Below, piece after piece: positions 12,901 to 27,320 of a stretch of DNA of 64,000 nucleotides. The stretch lies in assembly GCA_951406725.2 (NCBI GenBank), contig OX597818.1:117986001-118050000 (forward strand). Reading direction: 5' to 3'. Position 1 is the stretch's first letter; each line of letters opens with the position of its first letter. The DNA is from Octopus vulgaris. Its lineage: Eukaryota. The position numbers and the translations under genes are program-made. The notes below the pieces were generated by a model that was given only the letters and a program-made list of their open reading frames with translations, was not told the origin of the DNA and searched no databases.

Positions 12901-14198
12901 TTAATTATGCATGTAAATATATACATACACATATATTATGAGTGTGAAAGTGACTGCGTATTACAGAAAAAAGGTACGCATGCTTACACATACAGTGTTC
13001 ATACTACTTTCTAGTCTCACGTAGAATTTTCCAAACGTCTGACGAAAGCAAATAATATCCAATGGATACTGCATAATCTTCAAGACGTGACTTATCGTCT
13101 GCAGCCTGTTTATATATCTATAATTATTGCTTAATGTCGAAAAAGTTTAAAATATCGAAGTGATAACTATTATACACTTTCCATAAGTTTCTTAGAATTC
13201 ACTTCATTTCATGCAATATAATTAAATAATTCTTATGCCATTTACGAAAATCTTTAATTCCAGATGCATAACAGCCCTTCATTATGCTGCTTATAATGGC
13301 ATTCACAGTATTTTCTTCCTGCTAAAATCATATAACACCAAATTTAATGGTTTTCCCTTACTGTATCATTGGTGCATATTTAATTTACTTATGCTCCACC
13401 TAGTTCAAACAGACTGTTTCTTGATACATATGATTACAGCAATCCAAAGACTATTATTTTTCAATAATCTTCGATGTGTTTAACAGTTTAAATTCAGCCA
13501 CATATGGACGTTTTAACGTAATGTTCCCTCACAGTTAAGTTCAAAGTGATTACATCGAGTGTTTTCCTGTTTAAGAAGAAATCAGTTCGTTCGATCATTG
13601 ACTAATTCTACTATAATGTAAAAAACGGATTGCTGATCACCGCCGTTTATAATTCTGAAAATTTTATGTCACATTACGAATTTTCGTAGTAGAAAGTTGA
13701 ATCTTAAATAAGATAGTCTTTAATTTATTGAAACGGAAATTTGGCTTCGATATGTTTACCGTTTTGTTTTTGCAACTAAAACTTATTTGTAACTATGCCG
13801 AAATGACTTCTGTAATTTTGAATGAGTTTGGAAACGGAAGTTTAAGGAAATATCGTATTGATGATAAAATCAAATAATTGTTTAATTTCTTCAACTTTCT
13901 GTTGCTTAATAATTATTTTGTGAATTTGTGTAAAATCCGAGGTAATACAATGAGAAATGCGACTAGCCGGACTTCATATCACAAAAATCCATTATATACA
14001 CACACTAAAACACAAACACACCACACACAAATATAGACAAAAGCACACAAACACATCACACACACACACACACCATACACTCACAATATCTACCCACTCT
14101 CTCTCTCTCTTTCTGACTCTTTCATTAGGAACGCACACATGCACTCACTCGCGTATAGAATTACACATACGAGCAAGCGCGCATCCCTCTATTTATTT

Positions 14199-14530
14199 GT
14201 TGTTGTTGTTGGGAACCTAGTCTCGGGAGACAATGGAGTTGCGCATCTGAAGGGGCAAGTTGAAGTTCCCCCCCCCCCCAGTTTTGCTCAGACCTGGGCT
14301 AGATGTAAGAAAATCCTGTGTATCCCAGAGCATTACGTTTGGCACCAGCTTGTTTCCATGAGCTGTGGGAAGAGTATCGAGTCGAACACTAAATGACCTC
14401 CGAATTTCTTTGAAGGGTGTCCCTTTTCCGTAACCCTGTATAGGGGCCCATACCGGCTACTCTCAGCCGGAGCCAGCTGAGCCCGGTACTCAATTTTAAA
14501 ATTTACGATACCAGGTGTATTAGGAAATTC
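14199..14530 (-). mobile_element. Family-F SINE-like element with an RTE-derived 3' tail (Ceph-SINE-like, tentative); head lost
   Basis: Ends gcgcaactccattgtctcccgagac + (CAA)n, the same as the RTE tail at 45795-45835. The 5' part aaattgagtacc resembles the family-D central domain. Confidence 0.7.
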
Positions 14531-16162
14531 CAAAACTAGAGTACTAGATTATCCATTCTATGTTGTTCATCTATCCCGTGTTCTTACTAGAAGTAAGGCG
14601 AATTTTTATTTAATATTTGCCAGTATATATTCAGTCAAGGTTTACATAGCATCATGCTGTTATCGATAGCTATTTCCAGCAAACTTTGGTGCCTTGTTGT
14701 ACCACAATTCTATATTAGCAATTCTACCTTTGGTACTCTACTTAGCTGAAATATAATACTATTGTATTGCAATAACATGAAACTGTGGTTTCGTAGCAAG
14801 CAAATAACAACACAGTCACGCCTTCGCTTTTTTCCTAAAACGTTAAAAACTTGTTAAGGATTAAATCGGACCTTTCTCTTCAATTTCAAATATTTAGTTA
14901 TGTAGGTATATGACGATTTGAAATGTATGCTCACGAACATTAGTTTTGTATTTCATTCATTAAAAGCTATTAAAACAAATATGTTACATGTTCAAAATGT
15001 GTTAGATTCACACGATAAGAATTCAAAACGCTTAACCCACGCAATGCCCGGCCCTCACAAGCGCTGTAATTATTTGCTGCCAATAGCTTAATAACTAGAT
15101 TTTTTTAAAATCTTTGTTATATTCTGCACGATATTTATGATTTCAAGAAGAGGTTTTCATGTTTTTAGCTTGGCAGCATATTATGACTTAAATGCAAATG
15201 GATTTATACAACTTGCTCGGATTACAGATCGAATAATGAAGTTCTCAGCAGAAGTTTTTAATTAAACAATGTTTGCTAAATTGTATGGTTGATTGTAATA
15301 CTGGACTTCTATTTGGCTTAAGAGCAGAAATATTTTACTGCTACGTTTATTGATCAAGTGACCAAAAAATTTCTCTGGGAGTGGCTAGTGTTTGTATCAT
15401 GTGTTTCAATAATGATATTCGCTTCTCTGAATTTTGCATGTTTTTGTCTGTTATCCCTCATCACTTCCATGTTCTCACTATGTTGTGCATCGAACCGCAT
15501 TCTTTCGGAGCTACGTTAATCGCTACTCACATATAATTTGATATCATATACGGGACCATTACTAAGCAGCGAATGATCGCATATAACATTAACGTTATTA
15601 ATTTTAACCAAAGGTCGCTTGCCGCAGTTGCTACAGATAAAAAACACATATGAAGATCATATGAATCATATTTCTCACGAATGCTGTCAAATTATTGCAT
15701 ATCGCCATATAAATAAACATCATTTCAACGATGGAATTACAAACATCCGTTTTCCTAACGACCATTATATGCAGAAAGTTGGGTAATCAATTGAATTAGC
15801 CATATAAACGTATTGCTGTGTGGTTTCTCATTTATGTATGTTCGTAAGCCATTGATAACGAAACAAGATTTAACTTTAACTGCCAAGCAAACGATGTCAC
15901 TCAAATTCCGGCATGCTCTTCTACTCATGTAAACTCCGTTATCTCAAGGGACCTCGCATGACATTTTTCGTTAAAGCAATCTTAAAATGTATTGTCGAAG
16001 GTATTCCGATCAGACTAAATGCCGCAAATCTTTAAAAATACCCGAAAGTATGGAGCATCAATTGAATAGAACAGGGGGTTTCCATGGTTAAGTTCTAGTG
16101 TATTCTGTACTACATCTAATGTGTTGTGTAAAAAAAAATCAGCGCACAATGCTCCTGGAACA

Positions 16163-16199
<37 letters not shown>

Positions 16200-16326
16200 T
16201 ATATGTATATATAAACAGGGTGTCCCGGAATTAACTGGCTATTTTAGTGAAATCGGGCAAATTTAAAAACAAACTGAGAGAACTTGTTTGTTAATTAATT
16301 ATGATATCAAGACAATTTGCTTTAAA

Positions 16327-16565
<239 letters not shown>

Positions 16566-17088
16566 ACATTGAACCATACGCACACATATGGTAGGGTGGG
16601 ACTGAATTGATACTGCAATATTTCCACATTTCCCCCTTACTTGAGTGTGTGTGTCTATGTGTGATTGAGTGCGTGCGCATGCATGAGCGTGTGTGTATGT
16701 GTGTACAAGCATATGTTTGTGAGACCAACAACTAAGTCCAATAACCATGTTATTAAATAGTTACTAAGTGAAACTTGCATATAGAGGGTATGGAAATATA
16801 TCAAGTATCTAGTCATTCCTTCAAAATAGTGAACACTTTCCCGCATCCTATGCAGTCCGGACACATAAAATGTCAACACGTCTATATGTCTAGATAGATA
16901 TATATATATTCGCCATGATAGATCGCTTGTCTATTTTCTCTCCCATGTTTCTCTCTGTATTCGTTTCTGTGGAAACGTTAAATACTTTTTCACTTCCCTA
17001 GCGTTAAGCTAATACATTTGTTAGTTGTCTACACCACCTGTCTTCGTTTTTTATCTTCTTTTGAACCCTCCCTATATATATATATATA

Positions 17089-17169
<81 letters not shown>

Positions 17170-17175
<6 letters not shown>

Positions 17176-17470
17176 CAGTGGTCTTAGAACAGACATTAAA
17201 ATGACTTAACTACTTTATATACGGTATCAAACCGTATGAGAAAGTCTCATCACATATATGTTTCTTTGAACCATACATCTGATAATCTACAAATCCTCCA
17301 ACATGCGTGTGGCATCAACCAATGGCGGTCGTGTAAAAGCTGGAGGAAGTGTCGTGAATGTGAGTGATAAATTATTTTATGTTCTAGGAATAGGATCATT
17401 ATTAGCTGCTTATTGCAATTTCTTCCGGAAAAATAAATTGTGATTGCACATTTTTGAAACAAATCCGCGA
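17170..17470 (-). mobile_element. Possible Penelope-like element 3' remnant abutting (TA)n
   Basis: YFSGRNCNKQLIMILFLEHK weakly resembles the PLE C-terminal CxLCxxEKLxIL motif. A decayed tgatgag...gataccg hammerhead-like motif follows. Confidence 0.3.
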
Positions 17471-17656
17471 ACTAAAAATTTAATAACCGGAGCGAAAATT
17501 TCAGTATTATTAATATAATGATAGATAGTTTCCTATTTTAATTTTAATTCAACGGGAATGTGGAATAGACACAGCAAATCCCTCCCTCCCCCAACACCAA
17601 TGATTTTAGATAACGGAAAAGTATGAATCTTTATTTTCAATTTTTTTCTCCATATA

Positions 17657-18043
17657 GCGCAGGAGTGGCTGTGTGATAAGTAGCTTGCTTACCGGGTTCA
17701 GTCCCACAGCGTGGCACCTTGGGCAAGTGTCTTCTACTATAGCCTCAGGCGGACTAAAGCCTTTTGAGATGGATTTGGTAGACGGAAACTGAATGAAGCC
17801 CGTCGAATATATATATATATACATAAGTTTGTGTGTCTGTGTTTTTCCTCCGACATCGCTTGACAACCGATGCTGGTGTGTTTACGTCCCCCGTCATTAG
17901 CGGTTCGGCAAGAAAGACCGATAGAATATTACTAGGCTTACAAAGAATAAGTCGTGGGGTCGATTTTCACGACTAAAGGCGGTGATCCAGCATGGTCGAA
18001 GTCAAATGACCGAAGCAAGTAAAACATAAAAGAATAAAAGAAT
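17657..18043 (+). mobile_element. Family-A SINE, near full length
   Basis: Head gcgcaggagtggctgtgtgataag through tail gtcaaatgaccgaagcaagtaaaa. Confidence 0.92.
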
Positions 18044-18937
18044 ACAACTCGAGTTTTTTTTTGCACGTAATTTCATGACAAATATAATTTCCGTTCCTTC
18101 CATCGAAGATTAAGGAAAAAAATAATGAAAATATAGATAAATAAAATGCACGAAGTAAGCTCAAACGGACTCCCTTTCACATAGAAATTCTAACAAGTGA
18201 TATGAAACTCAACTGAGAAATATTTGGTGAAACAACGTAAAAAGACTTCTTGGAGTTACATTTTCATTATCGTGAGGAGGTTTTCTCAAAACCCGGCGGT
18301 TTTGAGAAAAAAAAATTAATATCTGAAAAATACAAAATATAGGAGTCGATAACTAATTACAGTTAAAATTTATTCGTATTCAAAGAGATTATTTTATTTT
18401 AAGCTCTGTATAAAATTATTCTCGATGAATTATTTTGAATTAAAATGCGTTGATAACATTATCTTACTGATACTTTTTATCATAACTCGGGGAAATTAGT
18501 GCACGTCCGACGCCAGATGTAAATACGAAAAAAAAAATATGGAGGATTTCTTTCCTCCTAAAGGTTCTATAAAACCACATGCCTCTGTTTATTGAAATTA
18601 GAAGAAGCGTTTTTCCCTTTTAAATTACTTTAAAAATTATTAGTTATGTAGTAATGAAATGATATATAACGAGCGCTTTCAAGAAGCGGAGATAATATTA
18701 ATATTTACTATATCGAGGTTGAAGATCTTTAAACTGGGCCGAGTGAGATCTTCGTCGTGTTTCAAAGAAAAATTGTCGTATTTTAATCTTTTCTTTTTTC
18801 AATTGGTGAAAAACAAAAATATTTTGGGTGAAATAATCAAAATTAAAACTCTATAAAGAAAACAGTAAACGCATAAAAAAACCATGGTAATATAATTATA
18901 GTTTCGAAACTTCTTCAATTCCATGCAAAACGATGAA

Positions 18938-20134
18938 ATTTGGTGTCGAGAAGTAATTCATGAGCATTTGTTATTTCAAATTTATCTAAAAAAAGAAAAA
19001 AAACTACAGCAAATTAATCAATAATATACTCTCCGTTGTTGTTTACGACTTCCTCCCTTCCTCTCCGTGTTCATAAGTTTTTCGATATTCTGGGGTAGAA
19101 ATTTACCGGTCTTGTCTCAAAGTATTCGTCCAACCAAGCCCTCAATTCCATGTTATTTTTGAACGATACACAGTGCAAAAGGTTCGAAAGCAGTCGGCGC
19201 CAAGTCTAAAGAGTATGGCGGATGAAGCATCACTTCCCATTCTAATTCTTGTATTACAGATTTGGCCGTATTGGCGATGGGACGACGGACGTTGTCGTGT
19301 TGCAGAAGAATGCCATTCATTTCACCTATTCGGTCTTTTTTTGCTGTTGTTGAACGCAGACCTCCGCATTGAGTGTTCAGTTGCGGTTAAGCAGTTCGTA
19401 ATGGATTATGCCTCCCCAGTCCTGTCATACACACAGCAATGTCTTTTGAGGAAAAAGGTATTGTTTTGCTCGGAATTGAGCCATTCTTTTCGCTGCTTGA
19501 TATTGATATAAAGGCACCATTTTTCATCGCCAGTAACAATGGGGTAAAGAAAACGCTTTTTGTGACCATGTGGTGAGCGTTGTCGAGCGAGACAACTGGC
19601 AGCGATTGTAGAGCTTTGATTTCTGCTGTTTTCCCTCAAAAGGTGTGACACCCAAGCGCCGGGTTTCTGAAACTTACCCATTGAATGGTGATTTTGATCA
19701 CAATCCATCTGCTCCGCCAATTCTCTGGCTGTTTGACGGATTTTAGTAAAGAAGTTGAATCAATCGTTCTTCATGGGAAACAACTGGTCGATCGGGTTGT
19801 GATCAGTCCATGAGGTCAAAAAACTTTGAGGTATTGTTCCTTCTCTATGCACAGCACAAATCTCACGGGCGCAACACTCCGATTAAATTCCAAAAGCAAA
19901 TGGTGTCGAAAATGTTCAGTGTTGTCCACTTGACGTGCAATTTTAATTATCTAAAATTACACAAAAATTAATAAAATTTTAAAAAAATCAAAACATACTA
20001 TTTTATAAAGCAAAATATTTTCTTTTAAATAACATAAAACATTTTGCCAATGCGTTTTATTTCTGCGTGCATTTTTAAATTTGGAAACAAAAAAAAACAA
20101 AAAAAACGCTCATGAATTATTCCCCAATCCAATA
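18938..20134 (-). mobile_element. Degenerate near-full-length mariner transposon
   Basis: Transposase motifs QVDNTEHFRHHLLLEFNR, GAWVSHLL (WVPHEL) and IVTGDEKWCLYIN (first catalytic D). Imperfect TIRs: taattcatgagcatt at ~18954 and aacgctcatgaattattccccaatccaata at 20105-20134. Confidence 0.9.
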
Positions 20135-20316
20135 TAATAATCCTTATTCAGATTTACGTTACTATGGAAACTATTTTTTTAAAAAAGCCTCTGGTTATTT
20201 TGTAGTGAATGTTTTGTGGATGAAAACATGAAATATATATTGACGTGCCGGTTTACCATACCTACTACTGTTTATGCGTAAATAATTTGGGACTAGTAAA
20301 TTATGTTAAATTCTTT

Positions 20317-20648
20317 GCGCATGGCTCAGTGGTTAGAGCGTCGGGGCCTCGATAATGAGGTAGTGAATACGAATCACGGACCGGAATGTGTGTTGTGTTC
20401 TTGAACATGATACTTTATTTTACATTGCTCCAGTTCACTCAGCTGTAGAAATGAATTGTGACGTCACAGATGCCAAGCTGTATCGGCCTTTGCCTTTCCC
20501 TTGGATAACATTGTTGGCATGGAAAGTGGGGCTGGCATGCATGGGTGACTGCTTGTTTCCATTAAACAACCTTGCACAGACTTATGACTTGGAGGGGAAC
20601 TTTCTAGGTGCAATCCCTTTTCAATCCATGACCGATGAGAATTTTTTA
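20317..20648 (+). mobile_element. Family-E CORE-type tRNA SINE
   Basis: A box tggctcagtggttagagcg, then CORE-like gttgtgttcttgaacatgatactttattttacattgctccagttcactcagctg shared with 28061-28395, then a different tail. Confidence 0.8.
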
Positions 20649-20999
20649 CATATGTCTACGACCGTATCTACGATTATTATGTTTTGAAAGCTTTTTAAAA
20701 ATTCACTGAACTCACTACCAGGAAAACATCTTGTTTATATAAATCTGACCAAGGGTATGCTATTTTTAACCCTTTTAACTATTGCGTCTCCAATCTCACA
20801 CCCACCTGAAATCTCTTAAATTACTTTTCTGTTCTTTTCACACACGTTTCCCCTGCTCTCCTCTACCACACAATTTATTCTCTTCCTATTCCTGTCATAT
20901 AAATAAAATATAGTTATTCAAGATATTCTGAATAAATAAATTTGTAAGCTAATATGTAAATTTCTTACGCTTTCGGAATCGTCCAGTCATCACAAAGAT

Positions 21000-21870
21000 C
21001 TCTTGAGAATCATATTCGTACTTTAGACCCAGTGAAATACGAAGCTGCTTATTTAATTCCAAGTGCTAAATAACATACAAAATCGGTGAAGAATCTGTGT
21101 TACGAGCAGCGATTAAAGTGTAAGAAATTTTTCATTGAAGAACTGTGGAGATAAATGCAGGAAATTTCTGTCAGAGTAGTCATATTTCAGAAAATGAGAA
21201 TGACAAATCCAAGCAATTCAAAAGTGCACCAGTGTTTTATTATCGGGATATATACTTAGAATATGAAGCTCCGTGTGTAACTCTTTACACGCAGCCACCA
21301 ACAAATTGGAACAGACACTGATCTGCAACTAGTAGATACACAAGTATCTATTTCTTTATTACCCATAAGGGGCTAAACATAGAGGGGACAAACAAGGACA
21401 GACAAACGGATTAAGTCTATTATATCGACCCCAGTGCGTAACTGGTACTTAATTTATCGACCCCGAAAGGATGAAAGGCAAAGTCGACCTCGGCGGAATT
21501 TGAACTCAGAATGTAACGGCAGACGAAATACGGCTAAGCATTTCACCCGGCGTGCGAACGGTTCTGCCAGCTCACCGCCTTAAGGTACACAAATATCACC
21601 TCAACATTCACCTGCAAAAACCCCAGTACGAATCCCTTACATTAGCATATATTTGAATTGCATGATGTATTGATTGCAAATCGTGCAGATCTATATATAT
21701 GGTGGTGAAACAATGAGATGCTTCACATGTCATGATTGCTTTCCCAAGTACCTTAAGAGTGTCCTGTAACAACTCATTAGACAACACAATGCACACCATT
21801 TTAGCACTATTCATGACACCGACAACCATCAAATCGGGCATCAGACTCACATTTTTACTCATGCATCCAT
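21000..21870 (-). mobile_element. MULE/Mutator-like transposase relic (DDE core), interrupted by a family-D SINE
   Basis: DGCMSKNVSLMPDLMVVGVMNSAKMVCIVLSNE...FTTIYIDLHDLQSIHHAIQIYANVRDSYWGFCR follows the MULE pattern DxTY.TN...MPL.VVGV.N....LSNE...TIITD.D.A..NAI..VFP....LC.FH. It continues with stops beyond the SINE. Confidence 0.6.
21349..21582 (-). mobile_element. Family-D SINE (Meta-domain-like), with ~15-bp TSD
   Basis: aaggcggtgagctggcagaa...gagttcaaattcc...gcctttcatcctttcggggtcgataaattaagtaccag. Flanked by agatacacaagtatc / aggtacacaaatatc. Confidence 0.92.
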
Positions 21871-21927
21871 CTGTGTTTATGCACGCGTGATTTTATGCAG
21901 AATAATTTTGCATTAAGTATATACATA

Positions 21928-22370
21928 GGCGCAGGAGTAGCTGTGGGGTAAGTAGGTTGCTTATCAACCACACGTGTCCGTGTTCAGTCGCACTGTGCAG
22001 CACCTTCGGCAAGTATCCTCTAATATAGCCTCGCGATAACCAAAACCTTCCGAGTGGATTTGGCAGACGGAAACTGAAAGAAGCCTGTCATATATATATA
22101 TTTATATATATATATTTGTGTGTGTGTGTGTATGTGTGTGTGTGTGTTTGTGTAGGTATGTTTGTGTGTCTGTGTTTGTCCCCCTCCAACATCGCTTGAC
22201 AACAGATGGTGGTGTGTTAACGTCCCCGTAATTTAGCTGTTCGGCAAAAGAGACTGATACAATAAGTGCTAAGCTTACAAAGAATAATTCCCGGGGTCGA
22301 TTCGCACGACTAAAAAGGCGGTGCTCCAGCATGGCCGCAGTCAAATGACTGAAGCAAGTAAAAGAACAAA
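21928..22370 (+). mobile_element. Family-A SINE, full length
   Basis: Head, expanded TA/TG linker and tail all present. Confidence 0.92.
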
Positions 22371-22851
22371 ACAATAATATCTATGGCAGTATACATGAAT
22401 ATCATTTTTTTCTCAAGATTTTTCCAAACTTACTGAACTCATTACTATGAGAACATAATTTCTATACGACTGACTAAGAACACCCGATTTTTATCCCTCT
22501 GAACTGTTTTCTTCTTAGTCTTCATCCTTCTGTTTGTATTTCCTGTCTCAAACCTGCAAAAATTCCCTTCAATTACTTTGCTTTCGTTTCGAAACATGTT
22601 TCGCTGTCTGCTCTCTACTGTCACAACTTATTCTCTTTCGATTCATGTCGTTCTTCTACTATGACCATCACCTCATTAACTAAGAAGGATGAAATATTTA
22701 CTTTGTTTTCTGATGGACAACTTAGTTTAGAAACGGTTTGAAAGACCTCTCCCAACGGCAATCAAAGTTAAATGATGTACGTCTCACTTCGCCGACTTGT
22801 ACGTAGTCATGTATGTACTTACGCAGAAGCACACAAATACAAATACAATCA

Positions 22852-22905
<54 letters not shown>

Positions 22906-22979
22906 CGCACACACAAATACACACACACAAACACAAACACACAGACACACACACATATATATATATATCGATCAAAAGG

Positions 22980-23025
<46 letters not shown>

Positions 23026-23192
23026 AATTAATTAAGGAAACAGAACTAATACTGTTGAATTGCTGAAGTAGATCCAACGGATATATACCTCAACAGAAGG
23101 TGACACCATGTAGCCCAATCCGTGCCACCGCTTTCCTCAACACACCAAGACATTAATTGACAACAGATACCCATTAGTCCCAAAATGACTGA

Positions 23193-23261
<69 letters not shown>

Positions 23262-23627
23262 ATACTACACGCATACGTATATATACATATGTGCAACATC
23301 AGAGAAGGCTAGTAGGCAAATAAAGGTCTGGGCCATAAGGTAGTTCTTTCGATTCCGGTTGAAGGATTTGCGTTGTGTCTCTAATGAAGGAAATTCATTG
23401 CACATTAACCTATTTAGTTCTGATGGAAGGCGGTACCAGCCTAAAGCAGGTGCACCCGTTTATCTCTCCAGCTATCACATGCATTGACTAGGTCAAAGTT
23501 TATCTCTGCTCACAAATTTATTGGCACATAAAGTAATTAAGAGATATACAAATGCATTCTGATAAAATAAAAATATGAGAATATAATATATGCATGTGTA
23601 TTTGTCTATCAATCTATTTGTTTATCC

Positions 23628-24050
<423 letters not shown>

Positions 24051-24344
24051 AGGTAGAAAGGGAGTTAAATAGATATATTCGGAAACGGACGCTTGCGCAG
24101 ACAGACGAGACAGAGAGAAGCACAACAGGGAAGTTTAGAATTTTACTTCAGTTTTTAAAGCACTATGCATTCATCTTACTTAACATGTCTCATACATTTC
24201 GGGGCAAACCAGAAAATATGAGGAAACATCTCAAAGGCATCAAAATAGAATTAAAGAATCTTGTCTTTCTTAACAGGATTCATATTCCTTGAAAATTTGT
24301 GAAATTCCATTTCATTTCCCATTATATGTCATAATTCATTGTAT

Positions 24345-24354
24345 GTATATACAT

Positions 24355-24418
<64 letters not shown>

Positions 24419-24538
24419 TTATATATATATATATATACATACACACATATATATACAAACATATATACAACTATATATATACATACATCTATATACATAT
24501 GCATATACATATATATATATATACATATATATACATAC

Positions 24539-24581
<43 letters not shown>

Positions 24582-24642
24582 TATATATATACATATACAT
24601 AAATATATATATACATATATATATACATACATACATGCATGC

Positions 24643-24696
<54 letters not shown>

Positions 24697-24700
24697 TATC
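24345..24700. repeat. (CATA)n/(CA)n/(TA)n block
   Basis: Directly visible. Confidence 0.96.
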
Positions 24701-26992
24701 TTCATATTTTTCTGTGACAATTCTGGGCTCGTGATGAAGAGGATTCCCTTCCGCTAAATTCTGCCCGAGGGCGTATGTATTCACTCTCAGTTTCATAATT
24801 TATCATTATATAAACTTTTCAACAAGAAAAAGACCAGCAACCTCACTATGCGTAATCCGGTCATTTTTAGATTATGACTTATGCTTTACTTTACTCTAAT
24901 TTTTATTCCTTATGTTGGAATTCTCGGTCATAAACCTTTTTGGTAAAGACGACATGTCATCACCTCCCACAGAACTGTTTCAAAACATATGCGCTACGAA
25001 GAAGAGCTTGTCTGATATAAACTGATAGTGTTTAATTCTGGGATACCATAAGATATTCATACTCGTGCTGCATATATTTACCCAGTTTTTCTTAATGGAT
25101 ATATTTCTGCTGTTGATGGACAAATTTCTGTGAGAAAAAATTTTAAAGAAAGTTTATTTACATTGTGTTATTCTAATTTTCATTTTATTTACTCCACATA
25201 GGATCCACTTTTGCAAATATGTAATGCAGTATTGCATCTTATATATAATTATATATCGCATATATAATGCAGTATTTCAGCTTATTATTTCACTGTTTGT
25301 TATCTGAATATAGTTTTAAACTGTATCGGGTTGGAGTCCTCCATGGGTTTAAGAAGTGAGGAACCACATTTTAGCCACTAATACTGCTAGATCTATTCTG
25401 AACCATAGCTTCAGTACCTGTCAGGGTACCGGTAACATGGTAATTAGCATGGGATTGCAGACACTCCATGCATAAGCAATCAATCCTTAGTGAGGGTCTT
25501 GGGTATAAATATAAAAAAGATAGGGGAGTCAGCCTCGTCAGCACATACATGAGTAATCCCTCAGGCTGTTAAATAATCTATTTGACAGCCTTCCGACGTG
25601 TTCCAGAGTAGAAGGGATATGTTCTGTCTAACCCCTTAGAAGAAAGCCACCCGATTGTAAAACCTGTCGTGTGCTGACAACGGCAGCTGTTTTAGCCTTC
25701 TGAACTATTGTGGTCAGACTTCCAATTCTAAAGAGAGGGATTGGATTGCGCAGACCCACTTTCATTTAAAACATATAAGCTCATGGAAGGAATCCCCTGC
25801 AGCCTAAAGGATCGGTTGAAGGCTTGTTGCACTTCTTCATGGTTTGGAGTCGAAGAAACTGGTGTCAATATTTGATCAAGATTGACTTGAGATAGTTTTC
25901 CAACGTTAAAATTTATTGCACGTTACATTTGTAGCTGTCATAAACAAGACACCATCACTAATTTGACGCATCACACACACTTGAAAGGGAATTCCCTGGT
26001 ACGCCCCCAGTTTATCTCTCATATTTATACTATTCCCAGTACATATACCCTCACATATGTTAACGGACATTCCCTAAGATGCACTGACAACAAACATATT
26101 AATACACATTATCTTTTTTGCTCTCTGTCCATGATAACATAAATTATTCCCGATTTGGTGCATTTAATGAGTTCAGTCCGCTGCAAGCTGATGGGCTAGG
26201 ATTTTAGTTATAACTTCTATTTTGAAGGCCCTTTATAAATTAATGTAATTTTTTTTAACTCCTCATTCAGAGATTACAATATGCATGTATGGATAGTTAT
26301 ATGGCATCTCTATCTACGAGTTTCAAGAATTGCGGTCACTTTCATTAATACATTCCTATCCCCTGAAGTGCTCTTTGAATCCATAGTACAACAGTAATTA
26401 GAAAAAAGATATCCAGTGTAATATAGTCTGCGTTTATGTAAAATCTGTTGACCATAATAACAATTTCCCCCGGCTTGGGAGATTTTAATGAGTTCAATTT
26501 ACTCCAAGTTTGTGAACCAGGCCTCTAGTAATAGAATGACTTTTGAATTTCTAACTTCTAACTATGGGCTTTTTCATGAGATAGCATTGAGATGTGTCGA
26601 ATGCCATTATTCATCCTCGAATATAAATGTGTTAATTGGAATTGAAAAGTTACATATGATTTGTCGAGCTCCATCACTTTTGTCTTATAAAACTGTAATA
26701 CAAAATCGTTTCCTGGCACGTAGGCGAGTTAAAAACAGCAATATCGAATAAGATACAAGTGCGTCGCAGAAAATTAATAGTCTGAGATTAAAAATAAATA
26801 TTTCAAAATGTTTTTTTTTTCTTAGGTGGTAGTAGGGCTTCATTCCGTTCTGTCTACAACCATTATAATTAGTAAAATGATTGCTGTAATCTAAAAAAAC
26901 ATTGCAGACAAATACGAGAATACTGCTTATCTCAAAATATTATTGTAAAACCGTCTGGACATATTTAGTAAACAGCAGCCAATGTGTTTAAA

Positions 26993-27068
<76 letters not shown>

Positions 27069-27115
27069 AATCTATCTATATATCTATATATCTTTATGTT
27101 TGTCTGTCTTTCTGA

Positions 27116-27187
<72 letters not shown>

Positions 27188-27320
27188 ATCATCTATCTAT
27201 ATCATCTATCTCTCTCTCTATATATATATAGATATATACATATTTATATCATTGTATATATCTATATATATGTGTGTGTGTGTGCGTGTGTGTTTGTGTT
27301 TGTGTGTGTGTATGTATGTG
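26993..27320. repeat. (TATC)n and (TG)n block
   Basis: Directly visible. Confidence 0.96.

Noticed and set aside
16215-16250. cagggtgtcccggaattaac resembling a Tc1/mariner TIR (also ttaaccctttt at ~20766, piggyBac-like)
   Set aside because: No matching second terminus or transposase was found.
25430-25870. GC-richer stretch resembling a LINE 5' UTR or SINE relic
   Set aside because: No second copy in the window and no diagnostic motif; it cannot be classified.
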